DNA of 63,322 bases, the filler included, from Aduncisulcus paluster (taxonomy: Eukaryota): the NCBI GenBank assembly GCA_024181965.1. It is 14 parts of 14 records of this genome, joined end to end, with 100 filler letters (N's around TTAATTAATTAA, not from the genome) between each part and the next. Parts side by side here need not be neighbours in the genome. Positions count along the whole stretch, not along the records: positions 6,113 to 16,584 come from BQXS01011884.1; positions 16,685 to 18,356 come from BQXS01011885.1; positions 18,457 to 29,651 come from BQXS01011886.1; 11 more parts are not named here. One strand, written 5' to 3'. A program made the translations under genes and the position numbers. This document shows, in pieces, positions 8,503 to 21,400 of this stretch (positions are counted from its first letter, which is position 1; every line of letters begins with the position of its first letter). The notes under the pieces are model-generated. The model did no database searches. It was not told the origin of the DNA and saw only the letters and a list, made by a program, of their open reading frames with translations.

Positions 8503-10884
8503 ATGAGTCATACATTTTTATCATCTGCAGTAGAACGATACCAAAGGGGTGATATTTCTGGGGCTGTGAGAGCTTCAAGGCGAGCAATATACCTTGCAAA
8601 AGAGGAACTAAATCAATGGGAAGAATATATTTTAGAAAATAATACGGGCGATGAATTTGAACTAGGTAAAGAAAAATTACAATCGTTGTCACGCAAATTT
8701 CTCGATATTTTGGCGATTTGCACGCGATATTTCTGTCATTTAGCATATGATCTTGTTGATCAACACTTCTATGATGATGCCATAGCATTAATCGAAGAAG
8801 GGATGGAAACTCTGGTTATCCCTCCTGTAATTGCCTCTGTTCTAGGAAATCAGTTCCTAAGTATTATAAAACCGCCCAAAAAATTTACAAAAGAGAAGAA
8901 ATTAATAGCAAAGAGTTTATTTCTACCCACAGCCTCTCAAAGTACGGGCACATCTTCTACGAGTGAATCTGATGCAGAACTTCAGGCATTCGAACTTCGG
9001 GATAGTCCGTGTGCATTCATGTTATTGTGTTGGGCAAAAATTATTCTTAAAGATTATACAATGGTAGATGCGGCGGAAAGTACAATTAGATGCCGTCGAA
9101 ATGCTCAAACTCACTTATTTTATGCCCAAATTCGACATTTACAGAGCGATATCCCTGCTGCTATTCACCATTATTGCGAATCCATTGCTCTAAATCCGTC
9201 ATTTTATCCTGGAATTATCTTATTGCATTCCGCTTACGAGACCGTCCGTCATTATGTAAAAGAAGGTGGATTGGCCATGGATAAACGAAAAGTACGTATT
9301 GCATACGAATACGCATGCCAAGGTTTGGAGTGTGACCCTCTATGCATCCCTCTTCGTGTTCTTCACTCTGTATCTGCCCATATGCTCTGCGTTTCCTCAG
9401 AGGTGGAGATGGGAGTTCTTGGACCTGCGAGACATCTTCGGTGTTCCATTGAGGAATCTTTGGATGAATCTATAAATAGTCTCAGAATTGCATTGGAGGA
9501 AGTTGTTTCTTTCTCAGAAATGAATGAAATTAGAAAAATGGTTTTGAAAGACAAATTAGAGCCATGGTTATTGGAAAAAGAGGAAGAACTTCTTCAATTC
9601 GGAGAGATTATACTTGGTTCTTCAATTGCCGGAAGAAGGCGAAAGGCAAGCCGCAGGCGGTATTCTACAAGTATTAGTGATAGTGATGAGATTGCCGGAA
9701 ATGACGGTTCGCTAAGTAAGATCAAAGAAGACGGATGCTTGGGTGGAAAAGGTTCTTTTTGGGATAAAATGAAAGAAATAGAAACCAGTAAGAGAGAAGT
9801 TCAAAAAAAACATTTAAAGGGGGGAAAGGGAAAGAAATATAAGCGAAAGGGGAAGAAAAAACCATCAGGCGTTGAAGAGAAAAAATCAGAAGGGTCATCT
9901 AGAATGCCGGAAAAAGATAAAGTTGATCAACTGGATAAATCTGTTCTATTTGATGATACTATTCGTGAAATTGCTGCCGATCAAGATTCTAAAATCGATG
10001 AAGGAGAAGACAAGGATGATGAAGCAACCAATTCAACCAAAATAGATATTGAGAAAGATGAAGATGCGAGTGTAGATGATGAAGAACAAGAAGGAGAAGA
10101 AGTGAAACCTATTGATTTTGAGGGCACTGCGGACAAAGAATTCTATCGCATTCTTCAATCACTTAACAATACTATTTCCAACTCATACCATCCAACTGTC
10201 TTGTCGCCAAGGGATATCTCAGAACCATCTGCATCCACTCCTCATCCGCCCTCTTTCTTCGAGGCTTTTGATCCATTTGATGAGATTGCACTTCGAATGT
10301 CCTTATCGTTGATTCTATGTGAACGGGCAGAGCGTCTTTGGGATGCTCTAAGGAACAGAATGGAGAAAGAGAGAATGTTGGAAGACCCTCGTGATCCTGT
10401 TTGCGAAACAAACGAAGCCAGACGTGTGCACGAGATTGAAGAGGCCGTTATACTAATTATGCAGGACGTAAATGAATCACTTCATCTGTATCCATCATTG
10501 TATGCGTATAAATTTAAGGCTAAAGTGTATCTCGATCGAGGAGATGTTGATAGAGCTCTAAAAACATACGAAAAGGCAAATGAAATGAGAGATGACGATC
10601 TTGAAGTGAAACAAATGATCGCTAAATGTCATTTTATAATTGCCAAAGCCATCTCTTCCATTCGCCATGCAGAAATGGCCTATAATTTGTTTCCAACCGT
10701 TTTATCTTATGCTTTGTTATATATAGATATGAATGTCCAACTAAAAAATTATTCCCATGCTATTTCTCTCCTTCAAAAATATCTTAAAGCTTGTCCAGAC
10801 TCTTATCCAATCCGCCAAAGGTTAGAGAGATTGGCCCCTGCTAGGAAGAAAGTTCGAACACTTAAAGGAAGTATTCGAAAGTAA
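8503..10884 (+). CDS. TPR-repeat protein with central charged low-complexity region, 793 aa
   Basis: TPR-like helices HLFYAQIRHLQSDIPAAIHHYCESIALNP and YKFKAKVYLDRGDVDRALKTYEKANEMRDDD; complete ORF. Confidence 0.8.
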   Translation: MSHTFLSSAVERYQRGDISGAVRASRRAIYLAKEELNQWEEYILENNTGDEFELGKEKLQSLSRKFLDILAICTRYFCHLAYDLVDQHFYDDAIALIEEGMETLVIPPVIASVLGNQFLSIIKPPKKFTKEKKLIAKSLFLPTASQSTGTSSTSESDAELQAFELRDSPCAFMLLCWAKIILKDYTMVDAAESTIRCRRNAQTHLFYAQIRHLQSDIPAAIHHYCESIALNPSFYPGIILLHSAYETVRHYVKEGGLAMDKRKVRIAYEYACQGLECDPLCIPLRVLHSVSAHMLCVSSEVEMGVLGPARHLRCSIEESLDESINSLRIALEEVVSFSEMNEIRKMVLKDKLEPWLLEKEEELLQFGEIILGSSIAGRRRKASRRRYSTSISDSDEIAGNDGSLSKIKEDGCLGGKGSFWDKMKEIETSKREVQKKHLKGGKGKKYKRKGKKKPSGVEEKKSEGSSRMPEKDKVDQLDKSVLFDDTIREIAADQDSKIDEGEDKDDEATNSTKIDIEKDEDASVDDEEQEGEEVKPIDFEGTADKEFYRILQSLNNTISNSYHPTVLSPRDISEPSASTPHPPSFFEAFDPFDEIALRMSLSLILCERAERLWDALRNRMEKERMLEDPRDPVCETNEARRVHEIEEAVILIMQDVNESLHLYPSLYAYKFKAKVYLDRGDVDRALKTYEKANEMRDDDLEVKQMIAKCHFIIAKAISSIRHAEMAYNLFPTVLSYALLYIDMNVQLKNYSHAISLLQKYLKACPDSYPIRQRLERLAPARKKVRTLKGSIRK

Positions 10885-11125
10885 TAGCAAAATTATAGTC
10901 AAATTTATACCGTTTTATTATTGAATTACTTATATATAATCCTCTAGCTTGTTTCGCTACTTGAGCTATTTATATTACATTTTACTGGAATATTGAAATA
11001 AATTGGAACTTTATAAAATCAAAAAATAATGATATATTCTGGTTTATTAGCTTGATCCGAATTGAGGGATCATCGATAAAAGAGTGTTGTATTTTGCTTG
11101 CTCTAGCCAAAAAAATTCTAAAAAA

Positions 11126-13692
11126 ATGACCACACATAAAAAATCAGACCTATCTTTTTTCCCTTTTAGTTCAAAAGAAGTTAAAGTACTTCTATTTACG
11201 TATGTTTTCTTTTTTCATTTTTGTGTCTTCAAAATCGATGTAAAGGTATAAATTTACAAAAGCAATGTTATATATTAGTGAAAAATGTGAAAAATCTATT
11301 GAAGAATCACACAAAGTTGAAAGAATACTTGCCTCTGACGAATCGAAAAGTTCTGGTGTCACTGAGGGTCTATCTTCTCCAAAAATGACAAGTTCTCCAT
11401 CAAAATCAACAATTATACCCATATATATGAAGAATTTTCAAAAACATTTAAATGAAATTTTAATATTGGCAGCTAAAATGAGGGCTGAAGTCTTTAAAGT
11501 TTATTGTCATCTTTCAAATGTGACTCATACATGTCATGAAATGAAAGATGAATATACTAAAGGCTTAAAAGATATGGAAGCTTTTCAACCTTCATTTCAA
11601 TGGGCCGATCTTGATTGTTTTGATTATCAAAAGATTCTGACAGATAATCTCAGGATTATTTTTGGTATCCCAAAAAGCATTTCTTCTAAATCAAAGGATC
11701 ATGAGGATTTTCTTCTCAAAACAGTTGACTTTTCCTCTCAACTCAAGATTTATGAAAAACAACGCTCACGAGATGAAGAACGTCCTTTAAGCGAAAGAAA
11801 AGGATATCAATATGATAATCAAGCAAAGAAAGATAAACCTAAGGCCCACTTAAGTATTTTTGGAGAGGTTATTCCCCAATTACCAGCATTTGCCTTTTCT
11901 CTTGACGATCTCTGGCAGCATTTCTCTATTTCCGATGAAAATGTCCCTTTTGATATGCTTTCGATCGATAAAATTGAAGATCTTGCTGCTCAGCCCGATA
12001 TTTACATTCGTACATCAAGGGACCACAAAACTAGGGATTTGATCAATTTTTCTCCTATCCGGAAGCGTTTAGAAGGTTTAATTCAAGAAAACAAGATCAT
12101 TTATAATCTTCTTGTTCGTTATTTCTGCCACTTACGTGAGTGTGATCTTTTTATTGATGTTGTTCAGAAATTCCTTTTTCCACGCACCAGTCATGTTGAA
12201 AGTCTTCTTTCGTACCTCCATAAACGAGCTGTGAATACTCTTGCGAGCCAATATAAGTATATCTGCTTCAAACGTGACCGGAGAGCTGAGATAATCAATA
12301 TGGAAATACAGGCACGTGTTGATGAGAAAAAGAGATTGGTGGAAATGAAAAGAAAAGAGGTAGAACATCTTGATGAGAGGGAACCAACGAGAACACGTGA
12401 CTATTTCATGAAACCTGTAAAATCATTGGATATTGTCAAGATGTCTCGTACAAACGTTCACAGATATCGCTCACCTGCTCTCGAGACCTAGAAAACGTGC
12501 GATGAGACTGAATACACAACCTATTTCCCAACCTTTGACCCCGTATTTGAGTTTGATGAAGTTGACAGAGCCTTTANNNNNNNNNNNNNNNNNNNNAGAA
12601 CATCTTGATGAGAGGGAACCAACGAGAACACGTGACTATTTCATGAAACCTGTAAAATCATTGGATATTGTCAAGATGTCTCGTACAAACGTTCACAGAT
12701 ATCGCTCACCTGCTCTCGAGACCTCGAAAACGTGCGATGAGACTGAATACACAACCTATTTCCCAACCTTTGACCCCGTATTTGAGTTTGATGAAGTTGA
12801 CAGAGCCTTTAAGGAGCATTATGAGGAATCCTCCACTGAATCGGTCATATCTCATCATTCTGTGTCTTCGTTGTCAAGGCATGAGCTTGAGAAGAACCAT
12901 GATAGACTCAGATCTAGTGGCTACAAACGTGCAACCAAGAGGGGGCAATCCAGTCGTAAAGAAAGCATTGCAATGAAAGAAATATTCGGCAACACTCGCT
13001 TTGTGAACATTCATGAGGGTGTTCGTGGCAATGCTATTCGTTTCAAGAACAGTAAGGACACGTTGGAGCTCATCAAGAAGCTCAAGGCTGCTCGTTTCAG
13101 CCCTACAATGGATCCCATGACGGTCTCTCGACTCGAACAGGCCTTCGAAAGATCATTCCAGTCCGATATTGATCGTTTCAAGACCCAATTGACCGGATAT
13201 TGCGAACGGAAAGTAATGCCGTGTCTTGATTCCACTTACCAGGACGATATGCGTGTTTTTTTCATCGACGTGGAGACCTTCCATGCTTCCTTGATCAAAG
13301 AGAAAATGAAACAAATGAACAAGCTTCGTTCTTCGTTCAACCGTGAATTCAAGGATATGAAGAGTGTCTCTACCTCCTTCATGGGACGAAGTATTCGTCG
13401 GAGTCTCGAAGTGGGAACGTATGGTGACAAGTGCAACCGCTATTCCAAATATATTTCTAAACTGTCCTCGGCCAAACAAATCAAGAAGAGAGAAGGTACA
13501 CCCGTAATAACCTCTGATTCTCTTGATTCTGAGTGTAAGACTCCGACATCAACTGGAAAAGGCTATAAATCTGGTCGGATAACTGAACTGCCTGATGCAA
13601 GTGAAGCTCAGACTCCTCTTACTTCGTCAAAGAAGAAAAAGAAAAGCAAAGTTTTTAAAAGCGCCGCTGGAAAGATAGTTATCTACGATTAA
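11126..13692 (+). CDS. Hypothetical protein (~761 aa after removing a predicted intron 11200-11245 and the 235-nt gap duplication)
   Basis: ORFs 11265-12491 and 12433-13692 join across the duplicated flank (12362-12576 = 12597-12811). An upstream ATG at 11126 joins in frame via a 46-nt GTATGT...AAG intron. Confidence 0.65.
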
Positions 13693-14159
13693 TTGGACAA
13701 TATTTCTGTGAATTTTACTCTTTGATCTGTTTTTATATTTCTATACTTTATTATATCAACAATAATTGGCCAGGAAGTATTCAATCGATAATATTTTTAA
13801 TCCGCTTCCTCTTTATAACCTTTATTGGTCTCCTTTGGGTTAGATTTTTCCTTTTTGATCTAGTCAGACAAATTCTGTCTTTTTCTGGATACAATGTCTG
13901 CCGTAAAATGACAGTAAACTTCTAAACCCGGCTTAGTCTCGAATAAAAAATCCAGATGTTTCATCTGATGTATTGACTTCTTTATGGAAGACGGCTAGCA
14001 AATTTATTAAAATAAAATATCACCGGTAGGTGGCGGTAATGCCGGTAGCATCACAACAGATGAATTTGTTTCTCGAAGATGGGAGAAGATATTGGAATTG
14101 TACCAGGTCAAGAAAAAGAAGACGAAGAAGATGATTTCAATGATGATGAAATTAGTTAT

Positions 14160-14460
14160 GATCATGAATCTTCCTCTTTTCTCTGAGTTATTGAATTTTT
14201 ATCCACATTGAAAATGTGAGAAGTAAATGAATTTTTGACAAAAGAAATGCTCTGTTCTTTTATTTCATTGCATGTCTTCTCTGAGCCACAAAAGTGGCTC
14301 CACCTAACACAGCTCCATAATCAGAATGGAATCCATTTTGGAACAAGAGCAAGGGCTTTTCTTTGGGACTTCCAATATTGAAGCAGAGATTTGCCATCAA
14401 ATAAAAGTATCGAGGCATGAAACAGTTCTTTCTTCCAATAATTTGAAATTAGTTTAACTG
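14160..14460 (-). pseudogene. Decayed coding remnant of unknown family
   Basis: ~95 codons (YWKKELFHASILLFDGKSLLQYWKSQRKALALVPKWIPF*LWSCVRWSHFCGSEKTCNE...) interrupted by one TGA at 14321-14323, with no clean start. Confidence 0.3.
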
Positions 14461-15132
14461 TGAAGTTTCAACTGCAACTTATCATATTTTGAAACTTTAT
14501 AGTCCAATATGTAAACAAATGTGTGCGAGTTATGAAACGATAACAGGTCTTACCATAGAATAGAACGCGGAAACACCAAAAACATCATAAAACCGAGACA
14601 ATGGATAATCTCAAGGAGGAGTTGTAATTCATGGATTACTAAATGAACTTGGCATCATGAATGGGAACTTTATAATTCGATGTGCTGGCAAATCTCGGGA
14701 AATAGGAAACGATTTTGTGTCGAGAAAATAAAGCTTTGTCAGGAGTGGACTCACAATGATGCCATGTCAATACATGATCTAAAGAAAATTTTCATATAAT
14801 TTTATTTATATATTACACGATATCACTCTCTGAGATTGCCAATCGGGGGTTGTGTGTTCGCTCAGCAGATTTTCCTTCGTTGAAACTAATTATAGATTTA
14901 CTGTATGTCATATCTTTTATTAAATGCGCATTAAGACATATTTTAATCGGTGTCATTCAATTATACTCACTATATTGTGCTGTGTGGTCGTTTCTTGTAC
15001 GTTCTTGTTCGATGTGTCTTTGTTTATCGGATTGTTCTCCTTGAAAATCGCAATCGTTCTGTTTGTTCATAATTACTATTATTATTCTGCTTGTTTTTAT
15101 TCTTTTAGATAAGATATTCTATCTCTATTCAA

Positions 15133-16247
15133 ATGAGTTCATCAACAGGTGCAATTAATCAAACTTTAGAACCTGAGTTTGTTCACGAAGGAGGTTGGGA
15201 TTGTTGTCCAATTCCTAGCGATGCTCCCAATATTAAGAATGCAGAGTTTCCGACAGAATATTATACTACCACAGCAATTGATGGAACCAAGGAAGAAAGT
15301 GATGAATATGTGTACGATCAAAGTTTTAATGCACAAAAGATGATGAAAGGAGAGTGGAATGATGGACATTTTACCCGTATTTCTATTCCTTTCTCTTCCT
15401 CTTCCCCAATGAAAGGTGCCTATATCTGTCTATCAAGCTATTCACCTCCATCACACCTTATCTTCACTCTCACATCTTCAAGAGGTGAGAAAACATCCAA
15501 GAAATACGAGTTTCCTGAATTTGAAGAGTATCATTGGTATTTCCTTCCTGTTGATCTCCCTGATGTTGTTTTGTGTGAGATTACAGGGAAAGGAAGAGAG
15601 AGAGAGAGTATTTTGGAATTATTTCCCTTGTTTTAATTTGTAGAGAAGAAACGTCTGAGGAAACCATAGCCCGTGAAGCCAGAGAGAAACTATGGTCTGA
15701 AGCTCCAGTTGTGAAACCAGAGTTTGTTAAGGAAGGAGATATCGAATCTAAAGGTAGAAAATCAATTCCCATTCCACGAGATGATCCAAAGCTTGTAAAT
15801 CCTTTATTCTCAATGGTTATGTGCAAGAATGATAGGTATTGTAAGGATTCATGGTCATATAAAAAGAGTTCACTTGCACAAAAAATGCTAAAAGGGATAG
15901 GTTTTGTATTTTTATCCCATCTTTCCATCCCTTTTTCACCGCCTAGTCCTATGAAAGGTGCTTATATCTGTGTGAGTAAGTATACCAGTTCTCCCTCTCT
16001 TCTCTTTACTTTCACTGATTGTTTTGGTAAGAAGACATTCAAGAAGTATGAATTCACGGAACCAAAACAGGATTATGAATGGTACTTCCTTCCTATTGAT
16101 TTGTATAATGTTGTATTGTGTGAGATTGAAGGGAAAGGAAAGTGGGGGGAGAATAATTGTCGATTCTTCTGGATCTACTCCCTTGTTTTTACTAAAATTC
16201 CAGAGGAAATTATTGTTGAACGATTATCTCTTCTTCCGTGGAAATAA
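15133..16247 (+). CDS. Two-domain member of a repeated beta-rich family; frameshifted at (AG)7 15595-15608
   Basis: The two halves are homologous (PEFV.EG...PIP.D.P; SIPFS..SPMKGAYIC; KKYEF....W.FLP.DL..V.LCEI.GKG). Deleting one AG unit makes one continuous ORF. Confidence 0.75.
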
Positions 16248-17383
16248 TCTCATTGTGATATTATCTCCCAATGTTCAATGTCTTCTTGCCTGTCTTATCA
16301 AAATATACTTTTTATTAATTAGTTTTTATCATCCAATGGACTTCGGAGAAGTTCTTCTTGTTCTTGTGGCTTGCATTCATTCCTCTCTCACGTGTTCTGA
16401 AGAAGATGCTTCGTTTGATTGCATACAAAACTGTTGTGAAGGATTGTTGGAGTTTATAAAGTGCAACTCAAGTTGTCTACAAATCACAAATGTTTCAACC
16501 ATATCTCTCGTCCTCTTTACCAGTCATTATTGGCTTCTTAACAAGTACTCATTCAATATTATGTTTTTAGAAAAGTAGAGAAAGNNNNNNNNNNNNNNNN
16601 NNNNNNNNNNNNNNNNNNNNNNNNNNNNTTAATTAATTAANNNNNNNNNNNNNNNNNNNNNNNNNNNNNNNNNNNNNNNNNNNNGCCAGATTTCTTCTAC
16701 ATTCCCATCTCAAGCCACATAGAACACCAATGAGACCCCTCTTATTCTTACAGTACGACTCCCAGAGTTCCTTCTTGATCATCCAAGTCCACCGGTGCCG
16801 CAAACATCGACTGAATTACCACTGATGGTCAGTGACTGAGGGTCACACAAAAGGATGGGGCATCTCAGGAAGTAGAACAACCTCCAAGAAAATTATTGTA
16901 TCATCTGTTTATGTTTGGGACAGCAGTATAACTAACAATCAAGGACAAAGACTCCAACACAGCACTATACTATACTTTTCCCAGGCACAAGGGGATTTAT
17001 ACATGAATATAGACATTAATCAATGTTTTATTCATGACTTTAAACAAGCTTCCCTGACTTGTTGAAAAGAAATTTCTATTGATAGACAACATGAGAAAGT
17101 CTATAAAAAGAACAGAGAATAGACGGCAAAAAGAATTACGAGAATGATCCGAAAACTCTCAGGGAAAATAATAAGCAAAAACGCTTAAGGAAAATTTCAA
17201 AAGGAATATAATATAATAATAATACCAAGATATCCTGACAGAGTGCGAAATAATGGAAATGTAATCGCATACTGCAGCACAAGGAATATATGACAATCAA
17301 AAGTATAAACAATATATAATTAATTTATATATTATGCTGATTATGAGGTTCGTTAAACAACTGAGAATGAAGAACATAATGAA

Positions 17384-18356
17384 TTAAACTCGATCACTGC
17401 TCTCGGCAGATGGACTGGAATCCTCAAGGCCGAGAAGACCAGACTTTTCATCTTCGGCTTTCTTGGCCTTAGCAGCCATTTGTTGCTTGTATTTCTTCCA
17501 ATTAAGCTCAATATTCTCCACTCCAATACGGGGCTTAGCAAGAGGATCATACTGAGGGTGACCCTTGAGGTTGATTTCATGAGGACTGGCCTTGGAAATG
17601 AAAGCGGCAAGGAGGCTGAAGATACTGACACCTGCCATCACGATATACACGCCAGAACTGGCCTTCAGAGCAACCTGTTCAGTCACAATTCCATCGGGAT
17701 CTTGTCCTTGAGCTTCAATGAATACATCTTGCAAACAACCAGCAAGAGATGTTCCCATGGCAAAACCAACCTCTCTGAATGTCTGAACAAGGCCTCCAAC
17801 GATGCCTCTGACGTTCCTAGGGGCAGCAGAGGTGACGAACCCAGTGTTACTGGTTTGGAATCCACCAATTCCAAGGGAAATAATGGCCAAAATACACACA
17901 ATAACACCAACCCCATATTTGCACAGCAAACTAAGCAAGACTAAACCTGTGCATTGGATAATGCAACTCCCAACACGAGTGAAGAAAGAAAGATACTTCC
18001 GACAGATTTTTCCAGCTATAAAGGCAGCCACAACCATACCAATTGTTACAGGGAGCATGCAAAGTCCAGACATTGAGGGACTGAGACCAAATGTATCTTG
18101 CAGGAGGAAAGGAACTTGATAAATGATGCAAGCTTGGAGCACCAAATGTAATAGTGGCTCCAATAAGACTGGCAACAACAGTTCTGTTGACAAGAAGAGG
18201 AATTGGAAGAGCAGGGAAGTCAATTTTAGACTCGTAAAGAAGAACAAGAATAAATAAACCGATTCCTACAATCATAATGATGATTCCGATCCACCAAGTG
18301 TATTCGATGTAACTAAGGCCAAATACAACAATTCCAAGGCTTACAAAGATTCCAAT
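17384..18356 (-). CDS. MFS transporter, DHA2 (EmrB/QacA-like) C-terminal half, 5' partial, frameshift near 18140
   Basis: YESKIDFPALPIPLLVNR in one frame, then PFLLQDTFGLSPSMSGLCMLP and FQTSNTGFVTSAAPRNVRGIVGGLVQTFREVGFAMGTSL in another; multiple TM helices. Confidence 0.8.
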
Positions 18357-18456
18357 NNNNNNNNNNNNNNNNNNNNNNNNNNNNNNNNNNNNNNNNNNNN
18401 TTAATTAATTAANNNNNNNNNNNNNNNNNNNNNNNNNNNNNNNNNNNNNNNNNNNN

Positions 18457-21400
18457 CTTCGAAGGTTTCTTTGCAATCCAGGACCCATACAGATCTTGAC
18501 GAGGCTTATATCCCTTTGGAACTCTTCTATTCTTGTATTCCCGAGAGCTTGTTGGAGAAGCAGCTCTTGCAGAAGATGGGGAAGCCGTCCCACTGACAAT
18601 TGGGGCGTGTCTCTTTGTCTTTGGCTCCGTGGATGTGGTTGTATCTTCATCTACAGTTGAAAGAGTGTCCTGGAATGAGGAAGTTACTGATGTTGGAGCA
18701 GACGGACGTCTTCTCTTTCCAACGGCGTGGGAGTCATCCTCTTCTGTCTCTCCATTCCCATCCTCTTCATCCTCCTCTTCCTCCTCCTCTTCTTCCTCTC
18801 CTTCTTTCTTCTCATCCTCTTCCTCTTCATCGACATCTTTCTTCTTTCCTCTTCCCGATTCTCCTTCCCCTTCCTTCTTCTTCCTCTTCTTACGCTCAAC
18901 TTTCTCAATGTATCCCATATCAACCTTCAAGGCATTGATAAGGGCACGAAGACGCTTGGCATACGATCCAGCACGAGGCTTTGGGCAAATAGGAAGAGCA
19001 AGATCAGTTTCCTTGACAAATCCGAGTGATCCAAATTTCATGAGTAGCTCAGTATCATGTTGATGGGTCCATTCTTTGCACCATGTAGGCATGGACACTT
19101 TCTTCTTAAGCCTAAACTCAACATCTTTCACCTTATCTCGAACTAAGTTCAATTCGTCATAACGTTGCATGAGTTTGAAAGCATTGAAAACATTCTTATT
19201 GAACACACATCCAACTTTCTTGGTGGTGGTTGCAACAGCTTGAGTTATTCCTTCTTTCTCAAGGGCTTTCTGAGAAGCTTTGACCACGCGCTGAAGCATT
19301 AATCTCAGGTCTTCGGGAGTCTTGAGATAACCAATTGCCTTGAGTTTTTTGTTCTTCATAAGACGAATGAGACCAGCATCATCCAACACTGGGAACTCCA
19401 TAAAGTCACGAATAATCGACCCTACTCCTCTTCCCATGGCATTATACTCAGGGAAATTAACAGAATGTGGGCCACCTGGACCAGCACCAGCCAGAAGGGT
19501 TGAACCACGAGGTCTTCCTCTCCCTTGAATCATTCTGAGGTGCATTTCTTCACTGTCTTCTTCAGGAATCCATTCGTCGTCATCCTTCTCCTCGGATCCT
19601 TCATCGTTGTGCATGATAGAGTTCACAGATGAACTCGCATCGGGGAAACGAGCACGGACAGAACGCTCACTGTCTCGATCTTTTCCAACCTTTTCGAGCA
19701 TCATCATCCGGCGACTCCTTCTCTTTCGTTTGCTGAAAGAAGAGAATGAAGAGAAGTCTGAGTTCGTCGAAATCATATCACCATTTCCTCCAGCCTTGGC
19801 ATTGGGTAAGATACGCTTCCAGAATTCAGCCTCCGTTTCTTTGCCCTTATCACCTTCTTCCTCTTCCTCATCGCCTGCTCCTTCTTGCTTCTTCTTGGTC
19901 CCACCAATATCTGTAACCTGGAATCCAGCAAGGAATCTGTCAGTCAAACTCTGTCCTTTCCCAGCTCCACTCTCTCCTTCACCAATTACGACACTCTCAG
20001 GCTCGCGATGCAACAGGTCATCCACATCCACATCCTCTTCTTCAGGGGCATCGAATGAGGCAATAACAGCGGCGTCACCATGTAAGAGCTCTCCTCCACT
20101 TTCCAGAGAGAAAGAGGCTGCGGCTTCGGCGGTGGTGGTTGAAGACATGGCTGCGTTGGCAGAGAAGATATTCTCAGCTCCAAACTTCAACACAGCCTTG
20201 AGGTCACCATCATCAAACGAATCAGCTCCTTTCCCTTTCTGTTGCTTCTTCAGTTGACGGGTTAGTTCAAGCATTGAGACCCCACTAGCATGCTCAACAC
20301 TTCCTTTCTTCTTCGACATCCGCTGAATGACGACATGATCCAACACAAGTTTCCTCTTAGCTCGCTCAAGAATACTCTCTTCCACACTGCCTGCTGTAAT
20401 GAGTCTATATATATTCACAGTGTGGGTCTGTCCAATCCTGTGGCATCTGGCCTGGGCCTGAAGATCATTCTGAGGATTCCAGTCGGTATCCCAGAGGAAA
20501 ACAGTGTCAGCGGTGGCAAGGTTGATTCCAAATCCACCAGCACGTGTGGACAAAAGGAATATAAAAATGTCACTGCCTTCCCTATTGAATTCAGCCATGC
20601 TCTGTGTTCTTTCATCTCTGCTCACAGCTCCATCCAGACGTCGGTACTTCCACCCACTCAAGGAACAGTACTCTCCAAGGATATCAAGCATTTTGACCAT
20701 CTGGGAGAATATCAATACACGATGTCCCGTTTCTTTGAGACGAAGCAATAACTTATGCAAAAGACGCAGCTTTCCTGAGGAATCAACAAGGAGTTTTAGC
20801 CTCTTCTCTCGATTTAGGGCTAAATGGAAGTGTTGCTGATCATGGAGGTTAAGACGGGCTCTGGAGGAAGAGGAAGTAAGTAACGGTTGGGAGGAAGGAG
20901 AGCCAGAAGAGATAGCATAGTCCAAAGTCGCCTCAGGGACTCCTTGGACGAGTTCTTTGTATTCTCTATCAAGACGCTGGTATTCTTCATCTTCCACAAG
21001 GATAGCATTAACTTCATTGGCAATCTTTGCCTCAAACCCACGATCAAACTTCTCTCTCTCGAGTTTGGCTTCTTCCTCTTCCATCTTCTTGGTTTCTTCC
21101 CACTCAGCAATCTCTTCTCTCCTCCTGTCATCTTCCTCTTCTTTCATCATCTCTTCCTCACGCCGACGTCTCTCATCGGCACGTCGTTTGCGTTCTTCTT
21201 CCCTCCTCTTCTTCCGAGCAGCGGCTTTCTTTTCTTCTTCATTCAGGGTTGAAGCACCAGTAATGTCCGAAGCAGTGTCAGCTACTTCAGCATCGCCATT
21301 CACAGTTGTTGTTCTGGTAGTAGTTTCGTCTTCGTCTTCGTCTTCTTCATCCTTTGTCGTTGTGCTTTCATGGAGAGTTGTCTCTTCGTCTTCTTCTTCT

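Noticed and set aside
12489..12491. TAG vs TCG between duplicate copies as stop readthrough or code reassignment
   Set aside because: It lies near a contig end and the overlapping copy has TCG. Genes here end in TAA, TAG and TGA, and long ORFs translate under the standard code.
14321..14323. In-frame TGA as selenocysteine or Trp recoding
   Set aside because: No start codon, frameshifted upstream, no recognisable selenoprotein motif; a pseudogene is simpler.
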